From: Camelus dromedarius
Lineage: Eukaryota
NCBI RefSeq assembly: GCF_036321535.1
Contig: NC_087437.1
Coordinates: 63,676,001 to 63,740,000 of the forward strand
DNA length: 64,000 nucleotides
Reading direction: 5' to 3'
Below the pieces are notes generated by a model that was not told where the DNA came from, did no database searches, and saw nothing but the letters and a program-made list of their open reading frames with translations. Shown here in pieces: positions 49,509 to 64,000 of the stretch (positions within the stretch are counted from its first letter, which is position 1; every line of letters begins with the position of its first letter). Both the position numbers and the translations under genes were made by a program.

Positions 49509-52500
49509 AATACATGTTTTACTTTTCTTTATTTCTCGCATTATGTTTGTATGGTTGCCATGCCTTTTCTTGTTGCTAAAGAGCTAGCAGCTCTGTCCAG
49601 CCGTTTTATTTGCTCTGATACAGATGTTACTGAATCTTCCCTGACTGCATTTCCACAATATTTAAGATTAAATGGTTTAAGGATTGGGGTTTTCCTGATT
49701 TATGTATTTTTCTACATGCTGAGGGCATGGGAGTAGAGCTTAGAAGAGTGCATAGATATTAAAACATAAAACTTCAGTAATTAAAATAGCATGCATATAT
49801 TGATACAGAAAGATCTTCAGGATATTTTTAAGGGAAAAAATCAGGGAGTACATAAAATACTGCCTTTATGTAAAAAATAGGAAAAAAGAATGTGTATAAA
49901 TGTATCTTTATATATTCACTTATGCATTTGCTGTTGTATACCTAAAATATATCTCTGGAATGATAGACAAAGGAGTAGTTATTTGCCTGTGGGAAAGACC
50001 CCTGAGTGGTCATAGGATGGGATTGGGAAGGACACTTTTCTTGTATATCTTTTTATACTTTAAAAGTCTTGAACAGAGTGAACGAATGACTTATTTAAAA
50101 ACATGTGAGCTCTTCCTTCTCTTCTGAGATCCCATCTGGGATTCCTCAACCCTGTGGAAAGTATATCCTGTCCCCACTGGGAACTTTGTACCAATCTTCC
50201 AACTCTGCATGGGGTCTGAAAGGCTCAGCATCGATGAAGTGGCTCTCAGTTAGTCATCTCCCCATCACTTCCCGGCCACTGTGTCTGTCACAGCCCAGTC
50301 GGAAATTTGTGTTTCTCTCCAAATCTGGGCCTGTTAGTGAAAATTCTTGTGATTTTGTTAATTCACCAGTATCATTTTTGGGGGGTTGGGGACAGAGCAG
50401 GAGGTATGCAAAAATCTTCACTTTCTTGGCTAAACTAACACTATAAAAAAAATACATGGCATAAAGTTGTAACCCATTCCTTTCTGCTTGCTGCTAGTGA
50501 TTTTTGTTGTTGTTACTTAATATTTATTACTTTTAGTTCAGTGGATTTCATATTTGGGTTGGGAGATTCTAATTTTACTTTCCATCATTTAATTTCTTGC
50601 ACCAACTTTGTGTCTCCTACCTTGCTTTGGTAGTGGGCTCTGTCTGAACACTATTCAGCTCTGCTCCCAGCCTGCGTTTGCCATTCCTGTACTTAACTTT
50701 CAACCTGTTCTTGGTCATTTGTATCTAATCTTCCAATCTGACTAACCTGGCCCATCTGAAGGCTGCACCGTAACAGGGAAGATTTCTAGTGCTATTCAGC
50801 TTTGCAGGGCTCAGCCATTTGGAGAGTCCTCAGAACACCCTGGTTCTGGAAAAACAAGAAACTGATTGCCAAATCCCCTTTATACAGCTTTTGCTCAACA
50901 CACACACATGCCTATGTTTCTTTTATCTGGCAGTGTTTTGCTTCAAAAGTTCGTTGCCCTTTCAACATAAATTCTCGTAGTTATTTCTCAAGTTACAATC
51001 TTGCCTTGCCAACGATTTGCACTGCTGACAGAGATATCTTTCTGAAGCCAAGGCGATCATGCCATTCTACTATTTACAAATGTTTAGTAGCCTCACATCA
51101 ACTTCAGGGAAATGTGCTAAAAATAAAAGCTATCCCAGAGCAAATCAATTACAGCCTGAGAGTGTAAGTTCATGAAGGCAGGGACATTTCCTTCACTGTT
51201 GTATCCCCACCCCAGCATGGAAAACAATACCTGCCACAGAGCAGGTACTCCGAAAATATTTGTTGAATTAAATTAACAAATAATAGATTCCTAGTAATCT
51301 TTTTTGAATGAATTTTGATCTAGTAATAGCTTACTGATAAGACTGCAGAATCCTCCCTGTCATTTGGAAACAACCAATTGAAGCAAGCAACAACAACCAA
51401 AAAATGGGCAGTTTGGGTCGTTTTAACATGCTGTGTTAATGAAAATTGTGTTCAAATAAAGGGTAATGGTGTAATAAATGTAAACACAGTGGGGTTGACT
51501 GCAAGAAGTCTAGAAAAGAAAGAGGATCTGGTCTGTCTTATCTATCTATAGTCCTCATTCCACAGGATTTGTGGTAACTTAAACACGGCATATAATAATA
51601 TAGTATGCTTCATATTTGGCTTGAAACTTTCTGACCACCAAGCTGAAAAGGACAACTGAGTGTTGTAATTCTTATCATTGGAGAGGAGCAAACAGTTAAC
51701 ATTAAGTTCTAAAACAAATTTCCCATCTGGGGCTTTATGTAAGAAGCATTGAGTGATAGGGTGGATATTATACTGCATACCATTCCTACAGCAAATAAGG
51801 TAATAATTTTTTAACCGTTTCTTATGAAGTTCATCTGATAATAACCCCAACTCGATGTCCATTCTATTCAGAGCTAAAATAGTATGTTCCATCTGTGTGG
51901 CCCTCTATTGTCTGGCTTGAATCCAAGGGTAAATTTGGACCTCCTGGCCCTCAGATGGTCTTCCCTGTGTAAGAATCCCTTCTTCCTGCTGGCTTTTTCA
52001 CTAATCTATTAGAGAAGGAATTTGAGATTGGGCTGTCAGGCGAGGACCAGAACTGCTGTTTGCCGGGTGACTGGTTGAGGTAGGTCCATATGCTGTAGAA
52101 ACTGAGTGAGAACTGGTGTGGATGGCATGACTTGGAAAAAATCCAGGTGCCTAACTAGGCAAGTTCCCTGTATAGGGAATGCAGGAGCACCTGCAGGCAA
52201 AGCCAGAAACATCTGTGCATCTGTATCAAATTAGAAAGCATTGATTGGCTTTTTATTTCCTAACTTATTAAGATTTAGATTTACTGCTGAGGCTGTGCTA
52301 AAGCAGACATGCTTGTAATGCTGCTGGTGGGAGTGTATATTGACACAAACTTTTGGAAAGCAGTTTGGCAGTATATTTCAAGAGCTTTAAAGGCATTCAT
52401 GCCATTTGACCTGGTAGTTTTACTTCTGGGAACTGTCCCAAGGAAATAATCCTTTTTAAAAAAAGGTCTAAGCCTCAAAAAAATTTTAAGTGTTATTTGT

Positions 52501-53577
52501 AATACTTCATTACCTCATTTATAGTATCAAGAAATTGGAGCAATTTAAATGTCTCGCAGAAGGAGGATAGATAAACAAATATATTCCACACGAAGAACAC
52601 TATGACTCAAGTTAAAATAGTTTGAAGAGTATGTTGGAAGATAGAAAATTTCTTAAAATGTTAAAAGACAAAAGCAAACCACAAAGTATAAATAATAGAA
52701 ATTGAACTGTTTTTAAAAATATACTTAGAAGAAAAGACTGGTGGGAAATATACCAGAAAAGTAAATCTTTGTTTTTGGTTACCAAAACTTATTTTTAAGA
52801 AAAGCGATCAGATAATTTTTGTTTAGCCCTTTTGAAAGACATATATAAATATTCATGTTTCCTAGAAAAGGGAGCTTTATAGTAGAGAAAGGATAATTAA
52901 TAAAGCTATATGCAGCTGAATTGTGATATTCATCCCCAGATCTGCCAGATCCCTCTGTTTAAAGTCACACTTACTAAGCATTCTGATTTTGACACTAGAA
53001 AAAAGCACCCCTAGATGAGGGTCTCAAAAATCCCAGTCATTCAGTAATTACAAAGGCTGTGCCTCTATTACAAGTAAATAAACTGACATTTTGGTTTATT
53101 AGCTAGTCTCCTGTGGACTTGATTAACGTGAGTCAGTCTCCCAAGAGCCAAATTCTTGCTTTTGAATGGGATAAAATTAGGTTTTTGAACTTGGAAATCT
53201 GAGGTGTAGATCCTGGACTTTTTTGATCCCCACCCAAATATAGCAGCAACCCTGGAGCACAGCTCAGACCATTATCGGTCTGACCTATTGTTTCAATGGT
53301 AGAAGAAGAAAGAGTAGAAATAAAAGGAAAAATTCATGTTTTTGATGAGCTGGTCTTTGAGTTAAAAAAAAAGAAAAGAAGCTAGAAATAGTGATGGTCT
53401 TTCCTTAAGTGGCAAATGCTTAATAACTTAGTTAGGAAAGCTTCTGATTATTAGCCTTTTTTAGTTTTTCTTATTTGAAATGTGGTCTGGCTAAGTATAT
53501 TCCCTTAATGTTTGACTCACTAGTTAGCTTCTTTAGCAGTATTACCTATTGTATCATCAGGCTTTGTACTTAATACA

Positions 53578-54925
53578 TTTTTTTAAAAATAAGAGGTTTA
53601 TTCATATATCATTCAGTTCATTCATTTAGAGTATAAAGTTCAATATTTACACAGTTATGCAACCATCACCATGATCAATTTTAGAACATTTCCATCACCC
53701 CAAAGAGAAACCCTGTACCGATTAGCAGTCACTCCCCATTTCTTCCTAACCTTCCGGATCACCACTGATCTACTTTTTGTCTCTATAATTTTGCCTACTC
53801 TGGGCATATAAAGTAAATCATACAACATGTGGTCTTTTGCACCTGGCTTCTTCACTCAGCATAATGTTTTGTTTCATTAATATTGTAGAGTGTATCAGTA
53901 CTTTATTTTAATTTATTTTTCATTACTTTTTATTTGTTTTATTTCTAATGTCATACTGTATGGCTATGCCGCATTTTATCCATTCATCTGTTGAATGAAT
54001 ATTTTGAATATTTCCACTTTTTGGCTAATATGAATACCAATATGAACAGTCACGTGCAAGTTTTTGTATGGGCATACTGTTTTCATTTCTCTTGGGTATA
54101 CCTACTTCTAGGATTGGAATTGCTGGGTTTTAGGGTAATTCTATATTTAACATTTTGAAGCAGACTGTTTTCCATAGTGGCTGTACCATTTTCTGATCTC
54201 ATCAGCAGTGCATGAAAGTTCCACCTTCTCCACATCCTCACCAACACTTGTTCTTATCTGTCTTTTTAATGATAGCCATCCTAGTGGATGTGAAGTGTAT
54301 CTCATTATGATTTTAATTTGCATTTCCCTAATGATGTTGAGCACCTTTTCATGTGCTTATTGACTATTTGCATATTTTTCTTGGAAAAAAATGGCTATTC
54401 AAATCCTTTGCCCATTTTTAAATTGGATTATTTGGTTTTTTTATTGTTGAATTTGTGGAGTTCTTTATATATTTTGTATGTAATTTCCTTATTACGTATT
54501 TGTAGATATTTTTTCCTGTCTGTGGGTTTTTCCACTTTCTTGATGGTATCTTTCGAAGCACATAAGTTTTTAATTTTAATAAAGCCCAGTTTTTTTTCTT
54601 GTGCTTTTGGTGTCATATCTAATAAACTGTTGCCTAATCCAGGGTCACAAAAATTTACTTCTGTTTTCTTCCAGGAGTTTTATAGTTTTAGTTCTTACAC
54701 TTAGGTCTTTGATCCATTTTGAGTAATTTTTTTGTATATAGTGTAAGAAAGTGTTCCAGCTCTGTTCTTTGGCATGTGGATATCCAGTTGTCCCAGCACC
54801 ATTTGTTGAAAGGACAATTATTTTTCCCATTGACTTGGCACGCTTGTTGCAAATCAAGTGACTGCAAATATGAGGGTTTGTTTCTGGACTCTTAGTTCTA
54901 TTCCATTGGTTTATATGTCCATACA
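53578..54925 (-). mobile_element. Old L1 (L1MB-like) 3' portion
   Basis: Minus ORFs 54147-54344 (IIREMQIKIIMRY) and 54428-54616 (MTPKAQ..FIKIKNLCASKDTIKKV) are ORF2p remnants. 3'UTR ttagaacatttccatcaccccaaagagaaaccctgtacc. Confidence 0.88.
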
Positions 54926-56311
54926 TTTGTATTTTTCTTTTATTCATTCTACAAAGATTTATTGAGCATCTTTGTATGCCAGGCATTGTGCTTGACATGT
55001 CTAGCTTACTTATTTTGGGGAACCAGGCCATACCTCTTCAAAGCCCAAATCTCCTTTACAACTGATTCTAACAGGATATAATATCTCTTTTTCTTAATGA
55101 GATATAAAGTAATTTTCTTTCATAGCCAAACCTATGGAGGCAATTTTAGCTTTATACGATTTGCACATAGTCTTTTGGCAAGTTGTAGTTTGTCCAATTA
55201 TATAAACATCCGGAAGTCTGAGGGTATTTTAGAGGGCTTGGAAGAATGAAAATTGGTCAGGGGTAGTCCACTGAATGTATTAAAGATGAGGTTAGTCTTA
55301 AAGTGGAAGAAGAATCTACAACTCGAGATGAGGGGTTCCTGGCATGTGTGGAGTTTCCCCACATGTGACTTGACAGGTCCAGGAAGTTGGTTAGTCTCGT
55401 TGCTGGCAACAGAGTAAAGCCACAGACAAATGGTGGAGGGGCTGCTGGATTGAGTACCCTTAATTCTGCTTCCAGATTTCATTTTTGTAGCAGTTCCTTG
55501 CCAAAGTGACAAAGAGAAAATAATGATTTCAGATAATGACTTATTGCTGGGTTTAAGATGAATTAAAGGAGGTAAGAATTTTATATAATGGTGACTGGTC
55601 TTTAGATAGAGACTGTGGTTTTAGGAATTGAAGGGAGAGGCCAAAGAAATGTAAACTTAGCAGAACTTGATGATTAATCTAAAATAACTAAAGATGATCC
55701 CAGTGTTACAACTTGAGGACACTGGGAAGATAATTGTACCATTGCTTACTGTAATGAACAAGGGGGAAAGAAATGGTATATAAAGATAATAAACTGATTT
55801 TGCCTACTTGTTGGCAAAATCTTCAAGTAGATTTTAAAAGATGCCCACTTAGCCATTAGATAGTGTATCAAGTCTGCTGTCCAGGAGCTCCCAATATTTC
55901 ATTGACACAAATACAGTTGATTTTCCTTCCATAGTTACTGTTCATTTTGGAAACCCATATAATAAAATGAGCTTTCAATGTCTGATTTTAAAGGTCAAGC
56001 AGTAGCTTTATTTTCTCTACGTGTATGTGTTAAAAAATACTGAACTTTGACAGTGATTTTAAGACACTTAAGAAGAGTACCTAGATTCCATGGCTTGCTA
56101 TTGCCATTGACAATATTACTGTTTTGAGAGAGGGAAAAAGGTTTAATATTGACTACATTGAAAAACATAGTCTATATAGCAATGTAGATAAGTCTCAGTT
56201 GCTCGTGATGGTTTTGGCTCTAAACGTGAAAATTTGGATGTCTTAGAAAATCTATTACATGTTGAAACTTAATACAGTACATTTATTTACACATCCTAAA
56301 ATTTCTTTCAG

Positions 56312-56400
56312 GAATTGTTCCATCTTCTGTTGTCCTGGCTTCTTTCCAGGTGATGTCAAGAGTTTTTATGTTATGGGCAGTAACACATAGCGTCAAAGAG
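56312..56400 (+). CDS. HACD2: HACD2 coding exon 4 (89 nt); gene continues beyond the window
   Basis: Acceptor TTTCTTTCAG. Encodes (G)[29 protein letters not shown]. Donor GAG|GTAAGC. Exons 1-4 total 381 nt = 127 codons. No next exon (VQSEDSV...) seen in 56401-64000. Confidence 0.96.
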
Positions 56401-59400
56401 GTAAGCATTTATATAAACAAAAATAAAATAATATCAGCATTAACAACCGTTAGTCAGCTTTTCTTTCTCACATGGATATTATGGCTGAAGATGGAACTCC
56501 AGGTCATATCAATATAGCCCAGATAAAATTCACATGTACTATAGGAATCAGGTTACTAGTGGGAAACATACCCCCAAATATGCAGTGTTGTAAAGAGAAG
56601 GTTGGTTAAATAAAGTCCTGAAATCTCAGTTCCCTTGGCGATTTGGCTGGTGTGGATGTGGTCTGCAGTTCAGTTATATTTTTCTGGTTTCTTGTTTATA
56701 TCCAGCACAGTAAACTCTGGATATCTATATCCTTATAGTGAGACTGTTGGGAGAGTGAGGGACATTAATTCATTCCCAGAGCTGTCCAATCTTTGTAGGA
56801 CCAGGAAGAACAAACTTGTTTCCACCTAGCCCACCAGGATTAATAGACTTCCCAAGTGTGCTGAGTCTAGTGGTTCCAGGAGGTGAGTGCTCTGCTGGGG
56901 GTCTGGGGTGGTGGAGACCCAGGCAGGCCCAAGGATACTTCTTGTAAGAACCGAGAGGGAGAAAGCCATCATTACTGTGGGTGTAAGTCTACAACTAAGC
57001 TTTCATTTTCTGGTATCTGAGAAGGGAGTTGTTTTCCAGTATGTTTTTTTTGCTTTTTAAAACTCATTTATTACTTGCTGATGTCACCATGAGGTAGAGT
57101 ACCTGTAGCCACCAGAAAGATTCAGTTTTCAGTTTTCTAGTCCCAGTAGCTTATCACCAACATTATTGGAGTCTTTAGCCTCGTGAAATGTGCTAATCCA
57201 TTAGCATTATTCTGGTGTTTTCTTTGTCTTCCATTATTCTGAAATTCCTGTCAAAACATTTTGTTTTTCAGGATTTATTTTGACAGTTTCACTTGTATTT
57301 TAACTAATGATTTCTTTAAACATTTTATTGTCATATGATATACATGTGGTAAAATACACATAACTAATAAGTTTTTAACCAAAATTGATTAAGCCAAGTT
57401 GTTGTTTTTATTACGTATCCACAGGCTTTTTCTTTTAAACTCTGACTCCTTGAAGATGTCTACACTTTCTATGTAGAAAGAATGTAAAACAATCTCATAC
57501 TTTTATATGATCAGTTTTGAGAGTGATCACATTTCTTTTAAAAAAAAAGTTAAAGAAAAACAGGGAAGTAAATCCTAATGTAGCATATTGCCCCTTCATT
57601 CTTAATTGTTTATGGAGTAAGGAAAAGTTATTCTTTTTGTTGGTTTCAAAGTCCTTTCTATAAGTCATTTTTTAACCTATATTTCTTCCTCCTTTACTTT
57701 TGTATATACACTGTGTCCTTTTTGTTTTAACCAACAACTCATAGTTTTAACTTCCCAATAGTCTCAAATGACCTAAAATTTATTCCTAATAGTAATCCAT
57801 TTACATTTTTAAACAGGTGATTATGTACTTTCAATAATTACATGTTAGGTACATGAAGACAGACTATTGTCAACTGTGGAGTGTTTAACCACTTTGCTAA
57901 TAAAGTCAGATGTTAAGTGTCTAGGTGCTAATGCTCCAGTAATAATAGATTATTCATGGCCTCTGTTTCTCCTCTCTTCTGCCTTGATAACTACTCCTCT
58001 GCTTATTAAGCACTTCTGGCAAAGAGGGTAGACAGGTAAATCAAAAATGCTTACAATTCAAGTCAAGTGATTCTGTTACCATATTGCTGTTACCAACACT
58101 TGCCAGGATTTCCTGGGCAGAGCAGTAAGACAGCTTGGCTTAAGCTAGTAAATGTCTCTGTGGATTATAGTTACATGGACCTGGTCATTGCCCTCCGTAA
58201 CCACCTGCCTGACAGATGCAGACTTGACATTTAACAGATGGTTTCACATGCAGGGTCATATTTGAGACTTACAGTGGTTTAAGTTGTATGCTTGTTACAT
58301 TTGCATATCCAGAATTGTTTCTCCACAACCAAACTTACCCAATTTCTACTATCGTTAACATATTTTCTTAAGAATGTAGTAAATTTTATTGTCTTTCTGT
58401 CACCTCTTGGGCCCTCTTCTTTTCACATTTACCCTGTTGATTATTTGACTTACTCCTTTCTCATGTAAGTAGGATTCATTGTTTCCGCTGTTCCACTGTC
58501 ACACTTCTTTTCTCCTCCTTCCCCAATTCTTTGAAATAGTGAACCCATTCATCGTTTTGTTTTTGGCAGTAGATCCCCTCCTGGCCCACCCCAAGTCATT
58601 GGTAGCTAATTTGAAAACCTGTTGCTGTGGCATTTCAGAGGCCAGCCTGCTATCTGTCACCTGTTCCTTGGCCCTTTCTCTAGGCCAAAGGCTATTTTTC
58701 CTGGCATAGAATATCTTATTAGCTATAATTCAGTTTGTTCTGTACAATGTTACGTATGGATATATTGTTAAACTTCCATTCTTATGTTTCTGGAACATCT
58801 TTAAAATATCTTTATTTTCCTTATATTCAGCTCTGTTTATTTTAATGGTGGGAACTGCTTAATAAAATATATCTCACTTTCTCATAGTAATGGTCAAATT
58901 CTTTTCACACTTCTCTGCTTTCATTCTCAGTTTCTTTTTACACCATACTTCCCTCCAAAGTGGACACGAATTCTTTGTTTTCATAGCATTACGTTTGGAT
59001 TTGGACTCTTGTTCCACCCTCTCTGGTCTGCTTATGTTTTCTATGCTCATTCCCCTTGTTTTCTATAATTGTACATGCTGTTCTAAGGTATAGACTGTAT
59101 CCCTTATAAGACTAGATACTACTTTTTTCATATTTGAGGTATATTTCCTTTTAAGCGGCCCTAGGACGCATCCTCACTTGTCATTTTAATTCTCCTACTG
59201 CATGGGATGCTAGTCACATAAATGTTGCCATGTACATCATAGAGCTGAAAGGTGATCATATGGTTTTCTTTTATGATGTATAAGCAGCTACCATCATTAG
59301 TGTAACATCTTGATTGGTAGGATATTAAAGAAAAAAATCATCTCTATGCTGAAAAGCTTTTTCTTGACCTAGCATAGCCAATAACCTTCCCACTTCTTTT

Positions 59401-60829
59401 CCTTTTAAAGGGACTATTTATATAAGCAAAGTAAAGCTTATAACAGAACAGACAACAAGCTCGGGGTGGGAGGTAGGGCTTGGGGAATACAGGAGGGAAT
59501 CAGAAATTCTGGCTGACCTGTTTCCTTTCCAGTTTTCCCGCCTAACTCCCAGACCTGAACCAGCTTCCTCGCCATCCCTTAGCCACACTGGCCACCGCCA
59601 CTCCCACTCCAGGCCTCTACAGACATTTGTTCCCCTCAGCCTCTGTTTGGGTCTGTCTTCATCTCTTCACTGAACTGAAACAAGACTGACCTTTTTCAGT
59701 GTGAACCACAGTAGGAAATCCCACCTTCTGTCCCTGACTGTGACCTCTTTTCAGAAACAGACGAGTCCACAGGGCACGTATTCTTCCTTGTCCAAAAGTA
59801 GCTAAGCCGAACCCCAGATCCCTGCACACACAAGTAGGCCACTGTCCCTTTTCCTGGCCCAGCCCTCTTTGGAGAAGGCACTGCACATCCTCTCCTGAGT
59901 TCTTAGTGTAAGATCATTGGGTTCTTGGAGCAGAAGAAGTCCCAGGTCACCTCCATGGGCAGTGGTTGAATAAGAAGTTGCTGGACTTTCACAGTAACTT
60001 TAGCCCAAGTGCAGAGAACACCTTCGACACTTTACTAGGGGTAATTTGCATAAAATAGAGCTATACTCTGGAGTGCTGAGCCTTCTCTCCCTTCTTCCTC
60101 ACCCTTTGTCGCCGTTGAAGAGGAAGTTTTCCCACATTCCTTTGGAATGTTCTGTGAATTCTCCTGATTTCACCAGCCAGCTGTTTCCCACCGCTTTCTG
60201 GCATGCCACTCGGCTTTGTGACACTTAACCTGACATCGTTGCTAACTTCTCAGCAAGATGCCTGCAGAAAGCTTATCATCAGTGTTTAAGAAAGTTAGTC
60301 ACGTACAGTTCTTTACCCTTATGCTGGTTTTTTTTGTTTTTGATACATTACAGTTTACAGAGGACTTTATTGAAATATATGATAATTATTTGCTCTTGAC
60401 AACCGTCTCTTAGGGTAGGTTGTAGTCTCCATTTAGAGTTCGGAAGCTAGAGAGGCAAATGACTGTCAAGTGGCAGAGAGGAGAACAGACTTCTGAATTC
60501 AAGGTCTTCCTCCCACATCAGCCTCATCTCACCCGTCAGAAATGTGTTGTAAACACATTCTTATTTTTGTGCTAACCATGCCTTCTAGCTGGTGTGGAGT
60601 TGAAAACCCCCATCTCTGACCCTGAAGCTTTTCCCTCCTCAGCAGTTCTGTCAGACACACGTGTACTGAGCTGTGATTCTCCAGTCAGGTCATTACACGT
60701 CAGCGTGCACAGCCACTGTGGGCCCCGTGTGCGTGTCTGCAACACTTTGCCCATTTGCTTCTCTGCTTTTTTAGTGCTCATTTCAGGGCTTTCTGATAAA
60801 TCCCTCCAATTAATTGGCCTTTCTCCTTG

Positions 60830-61025
60830 AAAGTTCCCAGACTGTTTTTCGTACTGGGGTTTATGGACTATTTGGAACAGAATTACCAGAAAGCTTCTTA
60901 AAAATGCACCTTCCGGGTCCCACCCTACATTTGATACAGAATTTCTGGGAATGGAGTCAGAGAATCATCATTGTTATTAAGCTCCTTGGATAATTTTATG
61001 AATTCTAAGGTTTGAGAAATGCTCT
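60830..61025. mobile_element. MER5-like hAT-Charlie DNA transposon
   Basis: gaattaccagaaagcttcttaaaaatgcac...gggtcccacccta...agaatttctgggaatgg...taagctcc...taaggtttgagaaatgct. Confidence 0.6.
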
Positions 61026-63774
61026 AAGATGCTGTAATGTTGTGCTGTAATTTTTATTTGACCTTCTCTTTCTTGATTCTGCTTCACATTTCTGCTTAGT
61101 TTCCTTGAGGCCTAACCAAATCTCACCATCTCTGTCTCAAGTCCAAGAACCATGGTCTCATTCTTTAAAAAAAATTCTTAAAAAATGAAAGCCTGGCATT
61201 CCCTCACCCAGCTAAGTAGAGGGACTGTGAAGTTTCTGGGGCCTTCTCCAAAATCCAGTGTCTGCTGAGCTGAGGCTCACGTGTGTGTAAGACGAAGCTG
61301 GAGGGGCCCACCTTGAAGGTAGTCAGATCCGAAACCACAGCACTGAGGAAACTAAACTACCGTTTGTTTAGGGGGTGAGTTGGGGGAAGGGCTGTATCCT
61401 GGGCATGTGCTTCCTGTTGCCTGTCCAGACAGACCAGGCCGATCATTCAGGACGTAACATAACGTATGTTAGTACTGCACAGACATCTCTCTTCTTGGGA
61501 TTTCTTGAGAAGTGTCACCTTCCATGGACAGCTTTATTATTTTCTAGGTAATTCAAACTCAGTATTCTAGAACATGGAGGCTTAGCAGCCATAACTTACA
61601 TGAGGGGTTGGTGAGTGTGGACTTCCCAGCACTTACCCTGGGGCTTAGAACTAAGCACCTGAACTATCCGAGCCTTGTTTTTCTCATCTGTGACATGATA
61701 CTAACATCTGCCCTACTTGTGTCCCAGAGTTTGTGTGAAGGTTTAGCAAAAGGAACATATGAAAACAAGGCAACAGTGTCTAGAAATCCAAGCCTCTTGC
61801 ATGCAGTTTTTTGCTGAGCAGTTTCTGAAATCCCTTATAAAGCAGTTTCACTTCAGAAGAATGCCACTTCCTTCATGGATGCAACACGGTTTTCTTTTTC
61901 TTCCTCTTTTCCTTTTCTTTTTCACTCTTGTGGAAGCTCAGGTACTAAGTAGAGTGGTGCCCTGACTCCCCCACTGTTCCTGTGTGTTGCATTACGGCCT
62001 TTCTCCTCTGCTGGGTCCTCCAGCTGGCTTCACAGTGCGCTCATGCTCTTTGCCACCTTCTGAGGTTGCTTCTCTTGGTAGCATATTTCCTGTGGCTGCA
62101 CACGCTCCTTGTCGTCCCTAATGGCCATCCATGAACATGGCCTTTTGGTGAGGCAGGAAGGGCACCTTCTTACCCTGTCACTCAGATGAGGAGCTGAGGT
62201 CCCATGTCTGGGGCACATCGTTCCCTCCTCAGGTACTGTGCTGGGACCAGAAGCCGTGCCACTGTCTTCTGGCCCAGTGCTCTTTCCACGGTGACATTCC
62301 ATCTCAGTTAACAAAGGACATTAGGAGACATTCAGCATCTTCTGGCCCCTGGAATGCCAAATGTCTAAAATTCTCCACCCTACTCCATCTATTCCCTTAC
62401 TTTCTATTTTAAATGTTTCTGTAGGTGGATTTGCATCACCTTCACTTTTAAAATTAGCACCTCTCCTAAAGGTAGAAAACCTCATGATGTTAATCAGACA
62501 CTGTCAGACAACTCCTAGACAGATGCAGCAGTGCTTTAAAGCCCCTTGTGCACCTGTTACTGATGGACACTGAAAGATAGTGTTACTTTTCTCCTAACTG
62601 GATGGTTCACTTTGACATTGCCTTGTTTACCTTAGGAGATTTTGGTAACCTCAGATTGTCTATTTTTCTCTTAGTGTTTTTCTGTCCCTTTCCAACATTT
62701 TCTTGAGCTATGTATAAAGATTTTATTTCAAAATGCTGAGAAATATTTAGACCCTTTTGGGTTCAGTGTAGGCTCACTTCTGACATCCCATGTTGCATCT
62801 TGCTCCCATTGTCTTGGTTCTCTTGTAGCCCTTGAAAAACTCCACTGGAACTCCTTGGTTTATAATATATTTACTCCAATGGTATTGTTCTTAACTGATA
62901 ATTAAGTCAGTTAGGTTTAAAATAAAACATCTTAAACCATGCAAGCGAGCCTTACCAACACAGCCTGCTTTGTCGATTAATCATTGAGTAGGTTCCAAGC
63001 TCAACAAAATCAGGAAATTGGTTTCATTTCTGTTTAATGTTGACCTTTTTCTCCTCTGGGCTCTCCACCACTGCACCCTGTGCCCTCCTCACTGGTGACC
63101 CTGCCCCACAAACACTCACACTTGAAGCTCCTCAGGACCTTTTTCTCTTGCTCTCTTACCCCAAGGGCTAAATCTGACATCCACCATTCCCTTTTCTCAC
63201 TTCCGGCATGAGAGGGAGCAGTTTACCCCAGGCAGACTCCCCAGAAAGCTGCACAGTTATCTTCATTTGGGGAAATGCCACTTGGGAGGAATGGCTAGGG
63301 CCGGACCTGTCAGCTCCAAAGGAAAGTGTCCCACTGTTATGAGGCTCTTCTAGGACCCAGAGCCGGACCTGCCCCAGCCTGCCCAATCCAGACCATCTTG
63401 GCAGATACCCGGGCCTTTCAGGCTTGAGCACTATTGGATTCCTCCTTTTCCATCTGCCCCAGAACTTCCAGATCTTAGGTTTTCCAGCACAATTACAGTT
63501 CAGTTAGTCTTTTTAAATATTATACTAAAACACCTCTTCCCCATTTAGTTAATGTTCTGGGTGTGTCAGTGGGGTCTCCTGTTTTGCTCCTATTTTTGAT
63601 AATGAAATTTCGATGAAGGAGCTTATTGTTGGAATGCATCCTCTTTAAGCATAAGACATTTCCATACTACTGGGCAGTATCTTGATCTATATAATTGCTA
63701 CTACTTTCAAATAGAAGGAAACCTGTTTAGAGCCAAATCTGGATACTTGGAGTCCTAAGATTAGCAAGCCTTTT

Positions 63775-64000
63775 ATCTTATTTTTTTATGGAAATATAGT
63801 TAATTTACAGTGTTGTGTTAGTTTCAGGTGTGCAGCAGAGTGATTCAGTTATATATATTCTTTGTCAGATTCTTCTTCATTATAGGTGATTACAAGATAT
63901 TGAATATAGTTCCCTATGCTATACAGTAGGTCCTTGTTGTTTGTCTGTTTTATATATAGTAGTGTGTATATGTTAATCCCAGACTCCTAATTTATCTCTC
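63775..64000 (-). mobile_element. L1 3' end, runs off the window
   Basis: gaaatatagttaatttacagtgttgtgttagtttcaggtgtgcagcagagtgattcagtt...ccctatgctatacagtaggtccttg; same family as 7323-7678 and 11840-12487. Confidence 0.88.

Noticed and set aside
1..64000. CRISPR arrays, operons, rRNA or other prokaryote-type systems
   Set aside because: None seen; this is mammalian intronic DNA with no regularly spaced repeat-spacer structure.

Overview
Mammalian intron-rich genomic DNA, most likely camelid (two Vic-type tRNA-derived SINEs). The window holds the CpG-island promoter and first four coding exons of HACD2 (PTPLB, very-long-chain 3-hydroxyacyl-CoA dehydratase 2) on the + strand: 2703-2857, 5530-5647, 20765-20783 (19-nt microexon) and 56312-56400. 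All introns are GT-AG and the exons join into 127 in-frame codons; the remaining exons lie beyond the window. The rest is intron dominated by L1, L2, MIR, MaLR and hAT remnants. I see no convincing new multi-gene system. The most unusual items are retroposition and repair scars: a tailless 5'-half tRNA-Met retrocopy with a perfect 16-bp TSD (35715-35785), a young sense-oriented L1 that keeps ORF1 but lacks almost all of ORF2 (16013-18161), a probable retrocopied mRNA 3'UTR (~43796-44210), a patchwork templated insertion (30732-30811) and a 37-bp L1 with TSDs. Repeat family names and comparisons to human are from memory, not from searches.
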